Assembly (NCBI GenBank): GCA_003696155.1
Contig: RFFP01000003.1
Coordinates: 10,645 to 74,644, forward strand
Length of the DNA: 64,000 nucleotides
Direction: 5' to 3'
Origin: Acidobacteriota bacterium
GTDB lineage: Bacteria > Aquificota > Aquificia > Aquificales > Aquificaceae
The notes below the pieces were generated by a model. The model was given only the letters and a program-made list of their open reading frames with translations. It was not told the origin of the DNA and made no database searches. Within the stretch, counting starts at the first letter, position 1. Every line of letters begins with the position of its first letter. This document shows, in pieces, positions 38,713 through 47,889 of the stretch. The translations under genes and the position numbers were made by a program.

Positions 38713-40688
38713 TTGAACATAGCCCCGTTATAAGTTTTCCTAAGCCTAAACTCTTCCCTTTTCCCCTCGTTCCAATGATGTACAGGTCTTAAATACCCCA
38801 CAACCCTTGAATAGACCTCTGTCTGTGCACCGCAAAGAGGGCAAAGCTCCCTTTCACCGGGCACGTACCCATGGCTGGGGCACACGCTAAAGGTTGGCGT
38901 TATGGTAAAGTAGGGAAGTCTGTACCTTTCGCACACCTTTTTTATGAAGTTCTTTAAGGCTTTGGTATCCTCTATCCTTTCACCTAAAAAGAAGTGGAGA
39001 ACTGTACCACCTGTATACCTTATCTGAATATCATCCTGATGCTCCAGGGCAAAAAAGGGGTCATCGGTATAGTTTACGGGTAGCTGAGTGGAGTTTGTAT
39101 AAAAGGGCTCTGCACCATCTCTGACCCTCTCCTCGTTGGCCACTACTATCTGAGGATAGTATTCCTTGTCAAGTTTTGCTAGTCTGTAAGCGGTCGATTC
39201 TGCAGGTGTTGCTTCAAGATTGTAATTGTTCCCCGTTTCCCTCTGAAATTCAAGGAGCTTGTCCCTCATAAAGTCTAAAACCCTTATAGCAAAGGCCCTT
39301 CCCTCTGGGTCTCCTATCGAGACCCCCAAAAAGTTCAGGCACGCTTCGTTCATACCAACCAACCCTATGGTTGAAAAATGATTCTTCCAAAACTGACCAA
39401 ACCTCTCCTTTATGTTCCTAAGATAGAACTTAGAATAGGGATAGAGACCTCTTTCTGTGAAATCTTCAAGTACGGACCTCTTTATCTCGAGGCTTTCCTT
39501 TGCGAGCTCCATAAGCTCAGAAAGCCTTTCAAAAAACTCCTTTTCATTCCTTGAAAGGTAGCCTATCCTTGGCATGTTAATGGTAACCACACCTATTGAA
39601 CCGGTTAGGGGATTGGCACCGAAGTAACTTCCCCCTTTTCTTTCAAGCTTGCTGACGTCAAGCCTCAGTCTACAGCACATGCTTCTTATATCCTCTGGCT
39701 TCATCCCAGAGTTTACGAAGTTGGCAAAGTAGGGTACTCCATACTTGGCTGTAATCTTCCAAAGACCATCATAGGTGGGGTTATCCCAATCGAAATCGGG
39801 GGTTATGTTATAGGTGGGTATGGGAAAGGTAAAAACCCTCCCCTTTGCATCCCCTTCCAGCATGACCTCAAAGAAGGCTCTGTTTAGCATGTCCATCTCT
39901 TCTTGAAACTCCCCGTAGGTTTCTTTCTGTATCTCCCCCCCTATTATTACCCCTTGGTCCCTGTAGAGGGGTGAGACCTTAAGGTCGAAGGTAAGGTTGG
40001 TGAAAGGCGCCTGAAAGCCTGTTCTTGTAGGTATGTTAAGGTTGTATACAAACTCCTGCAAAGCTTGCTTTACCTGACTATAGTTGAGCCCGTCATACCT
40101 TATAAAGGGTGCGAGCAGGGTGTCAAAGTTAGAAAAGGCCTGAGCACCAGCGGACTCACCCTGAAGGGTGTACAGGAAGTTTACAATCTGACCAAGAGCT
40201 GAGGTGAAGTGCTTAGGTGGCCTGCTTTCCACCTTTCCAGGAACTCCACCAAAACCTATGGCAAGAAGGTCCCATAGGTCCCAACCCATACAGTAGACGC
40301 TCAGCACCTGAAGGTCATGTATGTGAAAGTCACCCCTTAAATGGGCTCTCCTTATCTTCTCCGGATATATTTTATTGAGCCAATAGCTTTTACTTATATG
40401 GGACGTTATGTAGAAGTTTAGACCCTGAAGCGAATAGGTTATATTGCTGTTTTCCCTCACCTCCCAATCCTCAAGGTTTATGTATCTTTCAACAAGCCTT
40501 ATTCTTTCATTTTCGACGGTCCACCTTTTATAGGCTTCTAGGAGGCCCCTTTTAAACAAGGCTCTTTCAAGGACGTACTCCAGCCTTTCTCCCGTCTTTT
40601 CTACCTCTTGATAGATTAACTCCACCAACTCTTCCTCTTCCAATCCCAGATTAGAAAGTATTTCCCTTATGTGCTTCCTATCTATCAC
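38709..40688 (-). CDS. nrdD: anaerobic (class III) ribonucleoside-triphosphate reductase
   Basis: 659 aa from GTG. C-terminal Zn site CPSHGY...CPLCG, followed by the glycyl-radical motif SRVVGYLRP. I see no N-terminal ATP-cone pattern. Confidence 0.9.
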   Translation of the reverse strand: MIDRKHIREILSNLGLEEEELVELIYQEVEKTGERLEYVLERALFKRGLLEAYKRWTVENERIRLVERYINLEDWEVRENSNITYSLQGLNFYITSHISKSYWLNKIYPEKIRRAHLRGDFHIHDLQVLSVYCMGWDLWDLLAIGFGGVPGKVESRPPKHFTSALGQIVNFLYTLQGESAGAQAFSNFDTLLAPFIRYDGLNYSQVKQALQEFVYNLNIPTRTGFQAPFTNLTFDLKVSPLYRDQGVIIGGEIQKETYGEFQEEMDMLNRAFFEVMLEGDAKGRVFTFPIPTYNITPDFDWDNPTYDGLWKITAKYGVPYFANFVNSGMKPEDIRSMCCRLRLDVSKLERKGGSYFGANPLTGSIGVVTINMPRIGYLSRNEKEFFERLSELMELAKESLEIKRSVLEDFTERGLYPYSKFYLRNIKERFGQFWKNHFSTIGLVGMNEACLNFLGVSIGDPEGRAFAIRVLDFMRDKLLEFQRETGNNYNLEATPAESTAYRLAKLDKEYYPQIVVANEERVRDGAEPFYTNSTQLPVNYTDDPFFALEHQDDIQIRYTGGTVLHFFLGERIEDTKALKNFIKKVCERYRLPYFTITPTFSVCPSHGYVPGERELCPLCGAQTEVYSRVVGYLRPVHHWNEGKREEFRLRKTYNGAMFK

Positions 40689-40771
40689 AATCTTTTAAAT
40701 ATAGACTTAGAAAAAGAGCATGTAAACAAGAACTGCAATTCCTACGCATATAGTACAAGCTATTAGGAACC

Positions 40772-42658
40772 TTATGAGCTTTTCCAGCTAATAACCTCCT
40801 CAACCGCCATGTTTTTCTCGTAGAGCCTCGTAAGGTTTTCGCTCCTTGAGGTTATCCAGTTGTTCCTATACAGATGAACTTCCCTTCTATTGGGCAGAGA
40901 ACCCCCTCTTAAGACCTTGGGGGCTGTCCTTTCCTCTGGCAGATTTTCCACCACAAGCCTTAGAAACTCCGTATGATTGAAGGCATTAGGTAGGAAAGAC
41001 CTTGCCCTTACCTTACCCATAAGGGTTGTATAACTTCCCTCTACCTCTCCCATCATACCCATGGGAACCTTTATATGGGCATACTGGGAAAGTCCATCCT
41101 CAAAGGGAGAAAAGACTACCACATGCTCCAACTTTTCCATGAGGCTTTCCATACGGGGCATGGGCACGTATTCAAGTACGTCTTCCCCAAAGAGAATTAG
41201 GTTTTTGATTTTCCCTTCCTCTATTCCCTGGAACACCGCAGGCATGTCTGAAAGCCACTCTAAGGGTATGTTTTCCATGAGACCTAAAAAGTTAACGTCA
41301 GTGTGAACAAGCATAACCCTGTGCTCGGAGGACTTGAGAAATTCACCCCAGTATCTTCCCTCCTCCTCTGTCATACCCAGCATGTTTATTATAAATACAC
41401 CCTTACCCTTTAGGCTTTTGACCTCTTCCCTTTCTATGTGTACGGGCTTTAGTTTGACGTCCCTGGCTGTCTTGCCTATTTTATAAACCCTTCCTCTTAT
41501 GTAGTAGGAAAGCACTGGAGCGGTTGAAGTTATATCCTCCCCGATGAGAAGGTAAAAGTCTGCATCCTTTAGGTCTTTTATTGATATGGGTTCATATCTG
41601 CCATAAGCTCTTAGGAAGGGAGCTATTTCCCAATAGGAGGGGACGGTTATCGTAATACCCGTTCTCTCTATAAGCCCTCTAATGAGCATATAGTCTTCGT
41701 TGGTAAGGTAAGAAGAGAGCACAACTGCGGTCTCCTCCTTCTTACCCTTAAGAAGTATGGAAAGGTAGTTGGCTATGTTGCCCTTTGTGTCCTCCTTCCC
41801 AAACATGCTGGTTTTTTTAAGCCTCTGATAGTTTAGACTATCGTAACCAAAGAAGGCTCTTGCGCATATGTTTAGATCATCGGTAGGTTTTGTTCTGTAA
41901 ACCTTCTCCTTAGACCTCCAGTCACCCACACCGTACTCCACTTGAACCTCACATCCCACTGGGCATAGGTTGCACACCGTATTTCCTCTCCTAAGGAGCC
42001 AACTTCTGGTCCAGTATTTAAAGGGTTTGGATATTATGGCTCCCACTGGACACACATGGACACAAAGACCGCACATCTCGCACACAGAGGTGTCCATTGG
42101 TCTGAGGGTGGGAGCTATGTTTGCCTGAAAGCCTCTCTCTTCTACGTAAAGGGCGTGAGCACCGTTTATATCGTCACATGCTCTGGTACACCTATAGCAG
42201 ACCACACACCTGTTGGAGTAGTACTCTAAAAAGTCGCTTTCCCAGTCAAGCTGATGCCTTTCCTTCTCTAAGGCAGAAACTGGGACTATCTGCTTTTGAG
42301 GCCCAAATATGGCACCGTAGTTTTGTAGATCACACTCTCCTGCCTTGTCACATATGGGACAGTCGAGGGGATGCCTGGTCATAAAAGCCTGAAGTAGATA
42401 CCTCTGATTGTCCTTGACTGTTGGATGTTCTAAGGATATGGACATACCCTCTTCTGGGTAAGTATTACAAGATGTTATTAGCCTTCCCGTTTTTTCGTTT
42501 AAAACCACGCACATTCTACAGGCACCTATTATCTTTAGCTTCGGATGGTAGCAGAAATAAGGCACCTTAAGACCAAGATCTAGCATATTCTGAAGTAGGG
42601 GCTTATTCCCGTCTACTTCGTATTCTACCCCATCTATCTGTATCTTAAACCTTTTCAT
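40772..42658 (-). CDS. NuoG/Nqo3-like multi-cluster Fe-S protein (2Fe-2S, His-ligated 4Fe-4S, two ferredoxin-type 4Fe-4S, molybdopterin-oxidoreductase-like domain)
   Basis: Start chosen at MKRFKIQIDG (ATG 42658), 9 nt after AAGGAGG. Cluster motifs: CYHPKLKIIGACRMC...C, HPLDCPICDKAGEC, CVVCYRCTRAC, CEMCGLCVHVCP, CNLCPVGC. No other nuo genes are in the window. Confidence 0.75.
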   Translation of the reverse strand: MKRFKIQIDGVEYEVDGNKPLLQNMLDLGLKVPYFCYHPKLKIIGACRMCVVLNEKTGRLITSCNTYPEEGMSISLEHPTVKDNQRYLLQAFMTRHPLDCPICDKAGECDLQNYGAIFGPQKQIVPVSALEKERHQLDWESDFLEYYSNRCVVCYRCTRACDDINGAHALYVEERGFQANIAPTLRPMDTSVCEMCGLCVHVCPVGAIISKPFKYWTRSWLLRRGNTVCNLCPVGCEVQVEYGVGDWRSKEKVYRTKPTDDLNICARAFFGYDSLNYQRLKKTSMFGKEDTKGNIANYLSILLKGKKEETAVVLSSYLTNEDYMLIRGLIERTGITITVPSYWEIAPFLRAYGRYEPISIKDLKDADFYLLIGEDITSTAPVLSYYIRGRVYKIGKTARDVKLKPVHIEREEVKSLKGKGVFIINMLGMTEEEGRYWGEFLKSSEHRVMLVHTDVNFLGLMENIPLEWLSDMPAVFQGIEEGKIKNLILFGEDVLEYVPMPRMESLMEKLEHVVVFSPFEDGLSQYAHIKVPMGMMGEVEGSYTTLMGKVRARSFLPNAFNHTEFLRLVVENLPEERTAPKVLRGGSLPNRREVHLYRNNWITSRSENLTRLYEKNMAVEEVISWKSS

Positions 42659-43490
42659 ACTCTCTTCCTCCTTCAACCAAATAAAAGACATCCTTCGAAC
42701 TAGCTATCCCTATTTTTCCCTTACCGGATAACTTAGCTTTGTACATGGCTTCGTCAGCTCTTTTAATAGCGTCCTTAAAGCTATCATCCTCATCTATGTA
42801 CCTCGTAAGCCCTACGCTAACCGATAGGGGGTGTATAAACTGTGCCTGTCTTACACATTTGAGTATCCTTATGGCTGCATGCTCACTTAGCTCAAGCGTT
42901 GTGTTCGGCAGTATTATCAGAAACTCGTCACCACCATACCGTGAAACGATGTCTGATGACCTTACCATGATTTTTAGGCAGGTTGATATCCTCTCTATGG
43001 CCTTGTCTCCCATCATATGTCCATACTTATCGTTTATGTTCTTAAGGTCATCTATATCTACCAGCATGATCCCAAAATGTTGCCCATACCTTTTCCAGAG
43101 AGTATAACTTTTTTCAAGGTATCCTTCTGCAAACTTTCTATTGTAAAGACCTGACACTGGGTCAATAAAGCTTGACCTTATATAGTTTACCTTCGTTATG
43201 TTGACTATACTTTCGTAGTATATTCCACCCATAGGTATCTTCCCATAACCCCTTAGATAGGTTTCGTAATCAAGGTTTATTACATCAAAATCGGACACCT
43301 TATCATACACTGGGCACTTTATCCCCTTTTGATAGCAAGGAACTTCAAGGCCGTAAAGCACTTTGTAGCATTTATCACCTAGGACCTCTCCAAACATGCT
43401 TCTTGCCGTGGCATTCATAGCAAGTAGGTTATAGTTTGAATCTACAACAACCGACGGTATAAGGGTGTTTAACTCTCTTTCTTCATTCAT
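42645..43490 (-). CDS. diguanylate cyclase with Cys-rich PAS-like N-terminal domain
   Basis: 281 aa. GGDEF domain intact with I-site (RSSDIVSRYGGDEF). The N-terminal ~110 aa contain GDKCYKVLYGLEVPCYQKGIKCPVY (C-x10-C-x6-C). Confidence 0.8.
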   Translation of the reverse strand: MNEERELNTLIPSVVVDSNYNLLAMNATARSMFGEVLGDKCYKVLYGLEVPCYQKGIKCPVYDKVSDFDVINLDYETYLRGYGKIPMGGIYYESIVNITKVNYIRSSFIDPVSGLYNRKFAEGYLEKSYTLWKRYGQHFGIMLVDIDDLKNINDKYGHMMGDKAIERISTCLKIMVRSSDIVSRYGGDEFLIILPNTTLELSEHAAIRILKCVRQAQFIHPLSVSVGLTRYIDEDDSFKDAIKRADEAMYKAKLSGKGKIGIASSKDVFYLVEGGREYEKV

Positions 43491-43491
43491 A

Positions 43492-44076
43492 TCAAGAACC
43501 CCTTAACTCCAACTTTACCAGAGCTCCCCTTTTCATGAGCTCGAGGATACTGTCTATAGCCCTTTCAAAGTCTTCAACTATTCCACCAAAGCCCTTTGAA
43601 AACTTTTCCGCATCCTCTCTGCTGGCAAAGGCTATTGCAGACGGACTACAGCATGGGGTTGCGGATGAGTTTATTACGTACCAAGCGGAGAAACAGCTAA
43701 TGGGTTTGAAGTTTATAAAATCCCAGGTCATGCAAGCCTGTATATCCTCTTCTTTAAAGTCCTTGTACAGAAGAAGCCCACAGTGAGCACAGCACGCCCT
43801 TACTATTTTCCCCCTTTTTAGCCTGTAGGTGAATTCGAGCCTCTTTTCTATGGGTTTTGTGCAGTAGGCACAGTGAGGTGTCTGCTCCTCTATGTTCTCC
43901 TCAAGCTCTTCTTTCAGCAAGAGCTCACCATGCTTTCTCACTATAAGCTTTTCCTTTTCAAGCTCCCTAACGTCTCTGTATATGGTCATCAAGGATACTC
44001 CGAAGTATTGGGCTAGGGATTTTACATTCCTATAACCCTGGGCTATGAGTTCCAGTATTTGTTCTTTTCTGCCCAT
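43492..44076 (-). CDS. DeoR-type HTH regulator fused to a TRASH-spaced Cys motif and a NosL-like C-terminal region
   Basis: 194 aa. HTH SLAQYFGVSLMTIYRDVRELEKEKLI. Then HCAYC-x22-CCAHC, i.e. C-x2-C-x22-C-x3-C, within the TRASH spacing. Then ...TPCCSPSAIAFASREDAEKFSKGFGG, which resembles the C-terminal part of NosL-type metal-binding proteins. Confidence 0.6.
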   Translation of the reverse strand: MGRKEQILELIAQGYRNVKSLAQYFGVSLMTIYRDVRELEKEKLIVRKHGELLLKEELEENIEEQTPHCAYCTKPIEKRLEFTYRLKRGKIVRACCAHCGLLLYKDFKEEDIQACMTWDFINFKPISCFSAWYVINSSATPCCSPSAIAFASREDAEKFSKGFGGIVEDFERAIDSILELMKRGALVKLELRGS

Positions 44077-44133
44077 AATGGTTAAAATTATAATCCCATA
44101 CGGTGCCTATGTGTTAAAATTACAAAGTAAACC

Positions 44134-45018
44134 ATGAAAAAGCATCTCATATCCGTCAGAAATCTATCAAAGGAAGACTTGCAAGAGATATACAGCTTGT
44201 ACAAGGACTTTAAAGGTGGAAGATCGGAAAAGCTTGAAGGGGACGTGGCTCTCCTCTTTCTGGAGAGCTCCACAAGGACCAGGTTCTCTTTTGAAAGGGC
44301 GTGCAGGCTCTTGGGCTTGAGAATTTACTTTGCTGGAAAGGGAGAGAGTTCCATAGAGAAGGGGGAGAGTTTCTTTGACACCCTTCAAACTTTAAAAGCC
44401 TTAGGCTTTAAGGCTGTAATATTCCGCCTGCCCTCTGTTCTCTACCCTTATGAGAGCTACCTTTCAGAGGACATATCCCTCTTAAACGCCGGAGATGGTA
44501 CGCATCAGCATCCAACCCAGGGACTTATAGACCTCTTTACCGCTCTTGATTCTTACGGTGGTATTGAGGGGATTAAGGTTGTCTTTGTGGGAGACATAGC
44601 CCACAGTAGGGTCTTTAGGTCCTCCTCTTTTCTCTTTTCTCTCCTTGGTGCGAGGCTTGGGGTGTGTGGTCCCTCTACCCTTATACCTCAGGAGCTCACG
44701 CCTTTTAACGTGGAGAAGGTGTTTTATAGCCTTGAAGATGCAATAGAATGGGCGGACCTTATGGTATGGCTGAGGCTTCAAGAAGAGCGCTTCGTAGAGA
44801 GTTACATACCCAGCAAGGAGAGCTACTTTCTCCAGTTTGGTTTGACAAAGGACAGATATAAAAGGCTTAGAGGATATTTTATGCACCCAGGCCCTGTAAA
44901 CCGTTACGTGGACATGGATGGAGAGTGTATATACGGGGAGAAGTCTTTGGTGCTAAGGCAGGTAGAAAACGGTCTCTTTGTCCGCATGGCTGTTTTATAC
45001 TGGCTTCTAAATGGCTAG
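44134..45018 (+). CDS. pyrB: aspartate carbamoyltransferase catalytic subunit
   Basis: 294 aa. SSTRTRFSFE, HQHPTQGL, MHPGPVNR. Confidence 0.93.
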   Translation: MKKHLISVRNLSKEDLQEIYSLYKDFKGGRSEKLEGDVALLFLESSTRTRFSFERACRLLGLRIYFAGKGESSIEKGESFFDTLQTLKALGFKAVIFRLPSVLYPYESYLSEDISLLNAGDGTHQHPTQGLIDLFTALDSYGGIEGIKVVFVGDIAHSRVFRSSSFLFSLLGARLGVCGPSTLIPQELTPFNVEKVFYSLEDAIEWADLMVWLRLQEERFVESYIPSKESYFLQFGLTKDRYKRLRGYFMHPGPVNRYVDMDGECIYGEKSLVLRQVENGLFVRMAVLYWLLNG

Positions 45019-46168
45019 GGTTTTGCTCGGAGTAAGTTCAAGTATAGCAATATACAAAGCCTGTGAGCTTCTCAGAGAGCTCAAAAGACAGGGTCATGAA
45101 ATAAGGGTCCTTATGACCCCCTTTTCCGAGAGGTTTATAAGCAAGCTGACCTTTGAAGCCCTGTCGGGCGCTAAGGCCTATGTGGATTGGGAGGATGACC
45201 CCCTTCTTCATATAAACTTACCAAGATGGTCTGACCTTTTTGTTATAGCGCCCTGTAGCATAAACACCCTTTCCAAGGTAGCCTTAGGCATTGGGGACAA
45301 CCTTTTGACCACCTGCACTCTTGCCCACAGAGGACCCTTGCTTATAGCACCCGCTGGAAATGTGGAGATGTATAAAAACCCTGCGGTTCAGCAACATCTA
45401 CAAAAGCTAAAAGAGAGGGGCGTTTTAGTTATACAGCCGGAGGAGGGTAGGCTGTTGTGCGAGGAAGAGGGTCAGGGAAAGCTTGCATCCCTTGAAAGGA
45501 TAGTGGACTGGATAGAGTATGCACTCAGACCAAAGCCACTGGCTGGTAGGAGGGTCCTTGTAACCGCCGGCTCCACGCGGGAGTTTATAGATAGGGTGCG
45601 CTTCCTATCCAACCTTTCCAGCGGGTTCATGGGCTTTTCATTGGCTAGGGTTTTCAGGTGGTACGGTGCAGAAGTTAAACTCATAGCGGGTTTTACAACC
45701 GCTCCCGAACCACCCGAGATAGAGATGGTAAGGGTGGTGTCCGCTGAGGAGATGAGAGGTAAGGTTTTTGAGCTTTTTGACTGGGCTGATATGGTGGTAA
45801 TGAACGCTGCAGTGTCCGATTACAGACCAGCAAAAAGCTTTGGTGGCAAGATAAAAAAGACAAAGAGCCTGAGTTTAGAACTTGTAAAGAACCCGGACAT
45901 ACTGGAGGAGCTCGGAAGGAAGAAAGAAGGCAAACTACTTGTAGGTTTTGCCCTTGAAGAGGGGGAAAAGCTTGTAGAATACGGCTTTGAAAAGCTGAGA
46001 AAGAAGAACCTTGACGTTGTCATAGCTAACCCTTTGGAAACCATGGGCTCTGAACGCTTTAGCGGTCTTATCCTTTTCTCCGATGGCAGGACGGTGGAGC
46101 TTAAAAACCTTACCAAACTTAAGGCAGCGGAGGTAATAGTAAGGTACACGGTGGAGCTACTACATTAG
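45011..46168 (+). CDS. coaBC: bifunctional phosphopantothenoylcysteine decarboxylase / phosphopantothenate-cysteine ligase
   Basis: 385 aa. The N-terminal flavoprotein domain (LGVSSSIAIYKA, PCSINTLSK) and the C-terminal CoaB domain (VTAGSTREFIDRVRFLSNLSSG, AAVSDY) are both present. Confidence 0.92.
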   Translation: MARVLLGVSSSIAIYKACELLRELKRQGHEIRVLMTPFSERFISKLTFEALSGAKAYVDWEDDPLLHINLPRWSDLFVIAPCSINTLSKVALGIGDNLLTTCTLAHRGPLLIAPAGNVEMYKNPAVQQHLQKLKERGVLVIQPEEGRLLCEEEGQGKLASLERIVDWIEYALRPKPLAGRRVLVTAGSTREFIDRVRFLSNLSSGFMGFSLARVFRWYGAEVKLIAGFTTAPEPPEIEMVRVVSAEEMRGKVFELFDWADMVVMNAAVSDYRPAKSFGGKIKKTKSLSLELVKNPDILEELGRKKEGKLLVGFALEEGEKLVEYGFEKLRKKNLDVVIANPLETMGSERFSGLILFSDGRTVELKNLTKLKAAEVIVRYTVELLH

Positions 46169-46193
46169 GAAAAGATCTCGTGGTCTTAATATA

Positions 46194-47786
46194 CTAGACC
46201 ACTACCTGCTTAACAAAGATTATGTAAGGTATTTTCCTTAGCTCCTCCATTACTTCCTCTGGCACTGGGTCGTCAAGGTTGAGAATGCCAAGGGCTATGC
46301 CACCCTTCTTTTCTCTTCCAAGTCTAAAGCCCGCTATGTTCACTCCCGCGTTTCCCAGTATGCTACCTATCTTTCCTATAACTCCTGGAACGTCCCTGTT
46401 TTCAAAAACGAGCATAATACCTTCTGGTTCCACATCAACTCTGTAATGGTCTATCTGGAATATACGCATAAGGTGTCCTTCAAGAACTGAACCTGCAACC
46501 ACCCTTTGCACACCGTTACCCTTAGAGACCACCTTTATGTAGTGCTTGTAGTCCTCGCTCTCCTCCGAGGTGAGCTCCTCCACCCTTATGCCCCTATCCC
46601 TCGCCACATAGCTGGCGTTTATTATGTTCACGGGAAAGTCCACCATCTCCTTCAGAACACCCATAAGGACCGCTGAGGCTATGGGATGGAAATGGGGGGC
46701 TATGTCTCCTCTCACCTCTACATGCACCTCTCTTATGCCCTCTTCCGCCCATTGGACTAAGAACTTTCCCATCTTTTCCGCAAGATCAAGGTGAGGCTTT
46801 ATAAGGGTAAGCACCGAAAGGTCGGGGAAGGGTGCATTAACTGCATACTCTACCGCCTGACCCCTTAGAGCTTTTATAACCTGCTGGGCAACTATCACAG
46901 CCACGTTCTCCTGAGATTCGTAAGTGTTAGCACCTATGTGGGGTGAAAGGGATACATTGGGAAACCTTGAAAGCTTTTCTATAAACTCTTTAGGTGGTGG
47001 TTCTACGGAAAAGACATCAAGACCAACACCCGCAAGCTTTCCACTTTCAAGGGCCCAGATAAGGTCTTCATCCTTAACTATGCCACCACGGGCACAGTTT
47101 ATGAGCAGTGCTCCATCCTTCATTATCTCAAACTCCCTTCTGGTTATCATGTGTCTAGTCTCGTGGGTGAGGGGTGCGTGTATGGTTAGCATGTCTATAT
47201 GTCTTAACATCTGATGAAGGTTGTCAAAGAGCTTAACACCGAGCCTCTCTCCCTTTTCCCTTGGTATGTAAGGGTCGTAAGCATAGACGGTCATACCAAA
47301 GGCCTTAGCCCTTATGGCAACCTGAGAGCCTATGTTTCCAAGTCCTATGATGCCAAGGGCCTTGCCATAGAGCTCGGTGCCCATGAACTTCTTCCTGTCC
47401 CACCTACCCTCCACCATGGAGCTATGGGCTACGTGGGCGTTTCTTATAACGTTCAGCATATGGCATATGGTGAGTTCAGTAGCACCTATGGTGTTGGCAC
47501 CGGGCGTGTTTACAACCAGTATACCCCTGATGGATGCGCTCTCTATGTCCACGTTGTCCACACCCACGCCAGCCCTACCTATGACCCTTAAGTTTTTACC
47601 CCTCTCTATGAGCTCCGCCGTGACAGGCGTTCTACTCCTAGTTACTATGCAGTGGTAGTTCTCCACCCTTTGGAGAAGCTCCTCGTAGGATATGTCTGGC
47701 TCGTTATCCACCTCAAGGTCGGGCTCTCTCCTTAACAGCTCAATACCCTTCTCCGATATGGGGTCTGTTATGAGGATTTTGTGCAT
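46194..47786 (-). CDS. serA: D-3-phosphoglycerate dehydrogenase (long form with ASB and ACT domains)
   Basis: Start at MHKILITDP (ATG 47786), with a GGAGGT SD 6 nt upstream. GLGNIGSQVA NAD motif, CARGGIV, and a C-terminal ACT domain (DVPGVIGKIGSILG). The ORF-track extension to 47870 is spurious. Confidence 0.92.
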   Translation of the reverse strand: MHKILITDPISEKGIELLRREPDLEVDNEPDISYEELLQRVENYHCIVTRSRTPVTAELIERGKNLRVIGRAGVGVDNVDIESASIRGILVVNTPGANTIGATELTICHMLNVIRNAHVAHSSMVEGRWDRKKFMGTELYGKALGIIGLGNIGSQVAIRAKAFGMTVYAYDPYIPREKGERLGVKLFDNLHQMLRHIDMLTIHAPLTHETRHMITRREFEIMKDGALLINCARGGIVKDEDLIWALESGKLAGVGLDVFSVEPPPKEFIEKLSRFPNVSLSPHIGANTYESQENVAVIVAQQVIKALRGQAVEYAVNAPFPDLSVLTLIKPHLDLAEKMGKFLVQWAEEGIREVHVEVRGDIAPHFHPIASAVLMGVLKEMVDFPVNIINASYVARDRGIRVEELTSEESEDYKHYIKVVSKGNGVQRVVAGSVLEGHLMRIFQIDHYRVDVEPEGIMLVFENRDVPGVIGKIGSILGNAGVNIAGFRLGREKKGGIALGILNLDDPVPEEVMEELRKIPYIIFVKQVVV

Positions 47787-47889
47787 TGCAAACCTCCAAC
47801 AAAGGTTAAAATCATAACACATTTCAGTTTGCATTTTACAGTTGCACCTTTTTCCCCATGCGAACATCAAAGTGAGTTAAAATAAAGCC

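Noticed and set aside
40689-40771. Possible regulatory RNA, NrdR box or a 23-codon upstream ORF (MRRNCSSCLHALFLSLYLKDCDR) in the gap before nrdD
   Set aside because: I could find no repeated NrdR-type box and no conserved riboswitch core. The mini-ORF has no SD and runs into the nrdD start, so chance is the simpler explanation.
47784-47845. 7-bp inverted repeat TGCAAAC ... GTTTGCA in the serA / pyrE divergent region, as a possible operator
   Set aside because: The arms are short and about 45 nt apart. There is no second copy elsewhere in the window and no adjacent regulator. I cannot distinguish it from chance without comparative data.
47787-47870. N-terminal extensions offered by the ORF track: serA to 47870, rpsF to 20748, dxs from TTG 36061, the cytochrome to 50066, NuoG-like to 42691
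   Set aside because: In each case an internal ATG matches the family's canonical N-terminus. Most, but not dxs, are preceded by a GGAGG-type SD. The extensions have no homology-like features.
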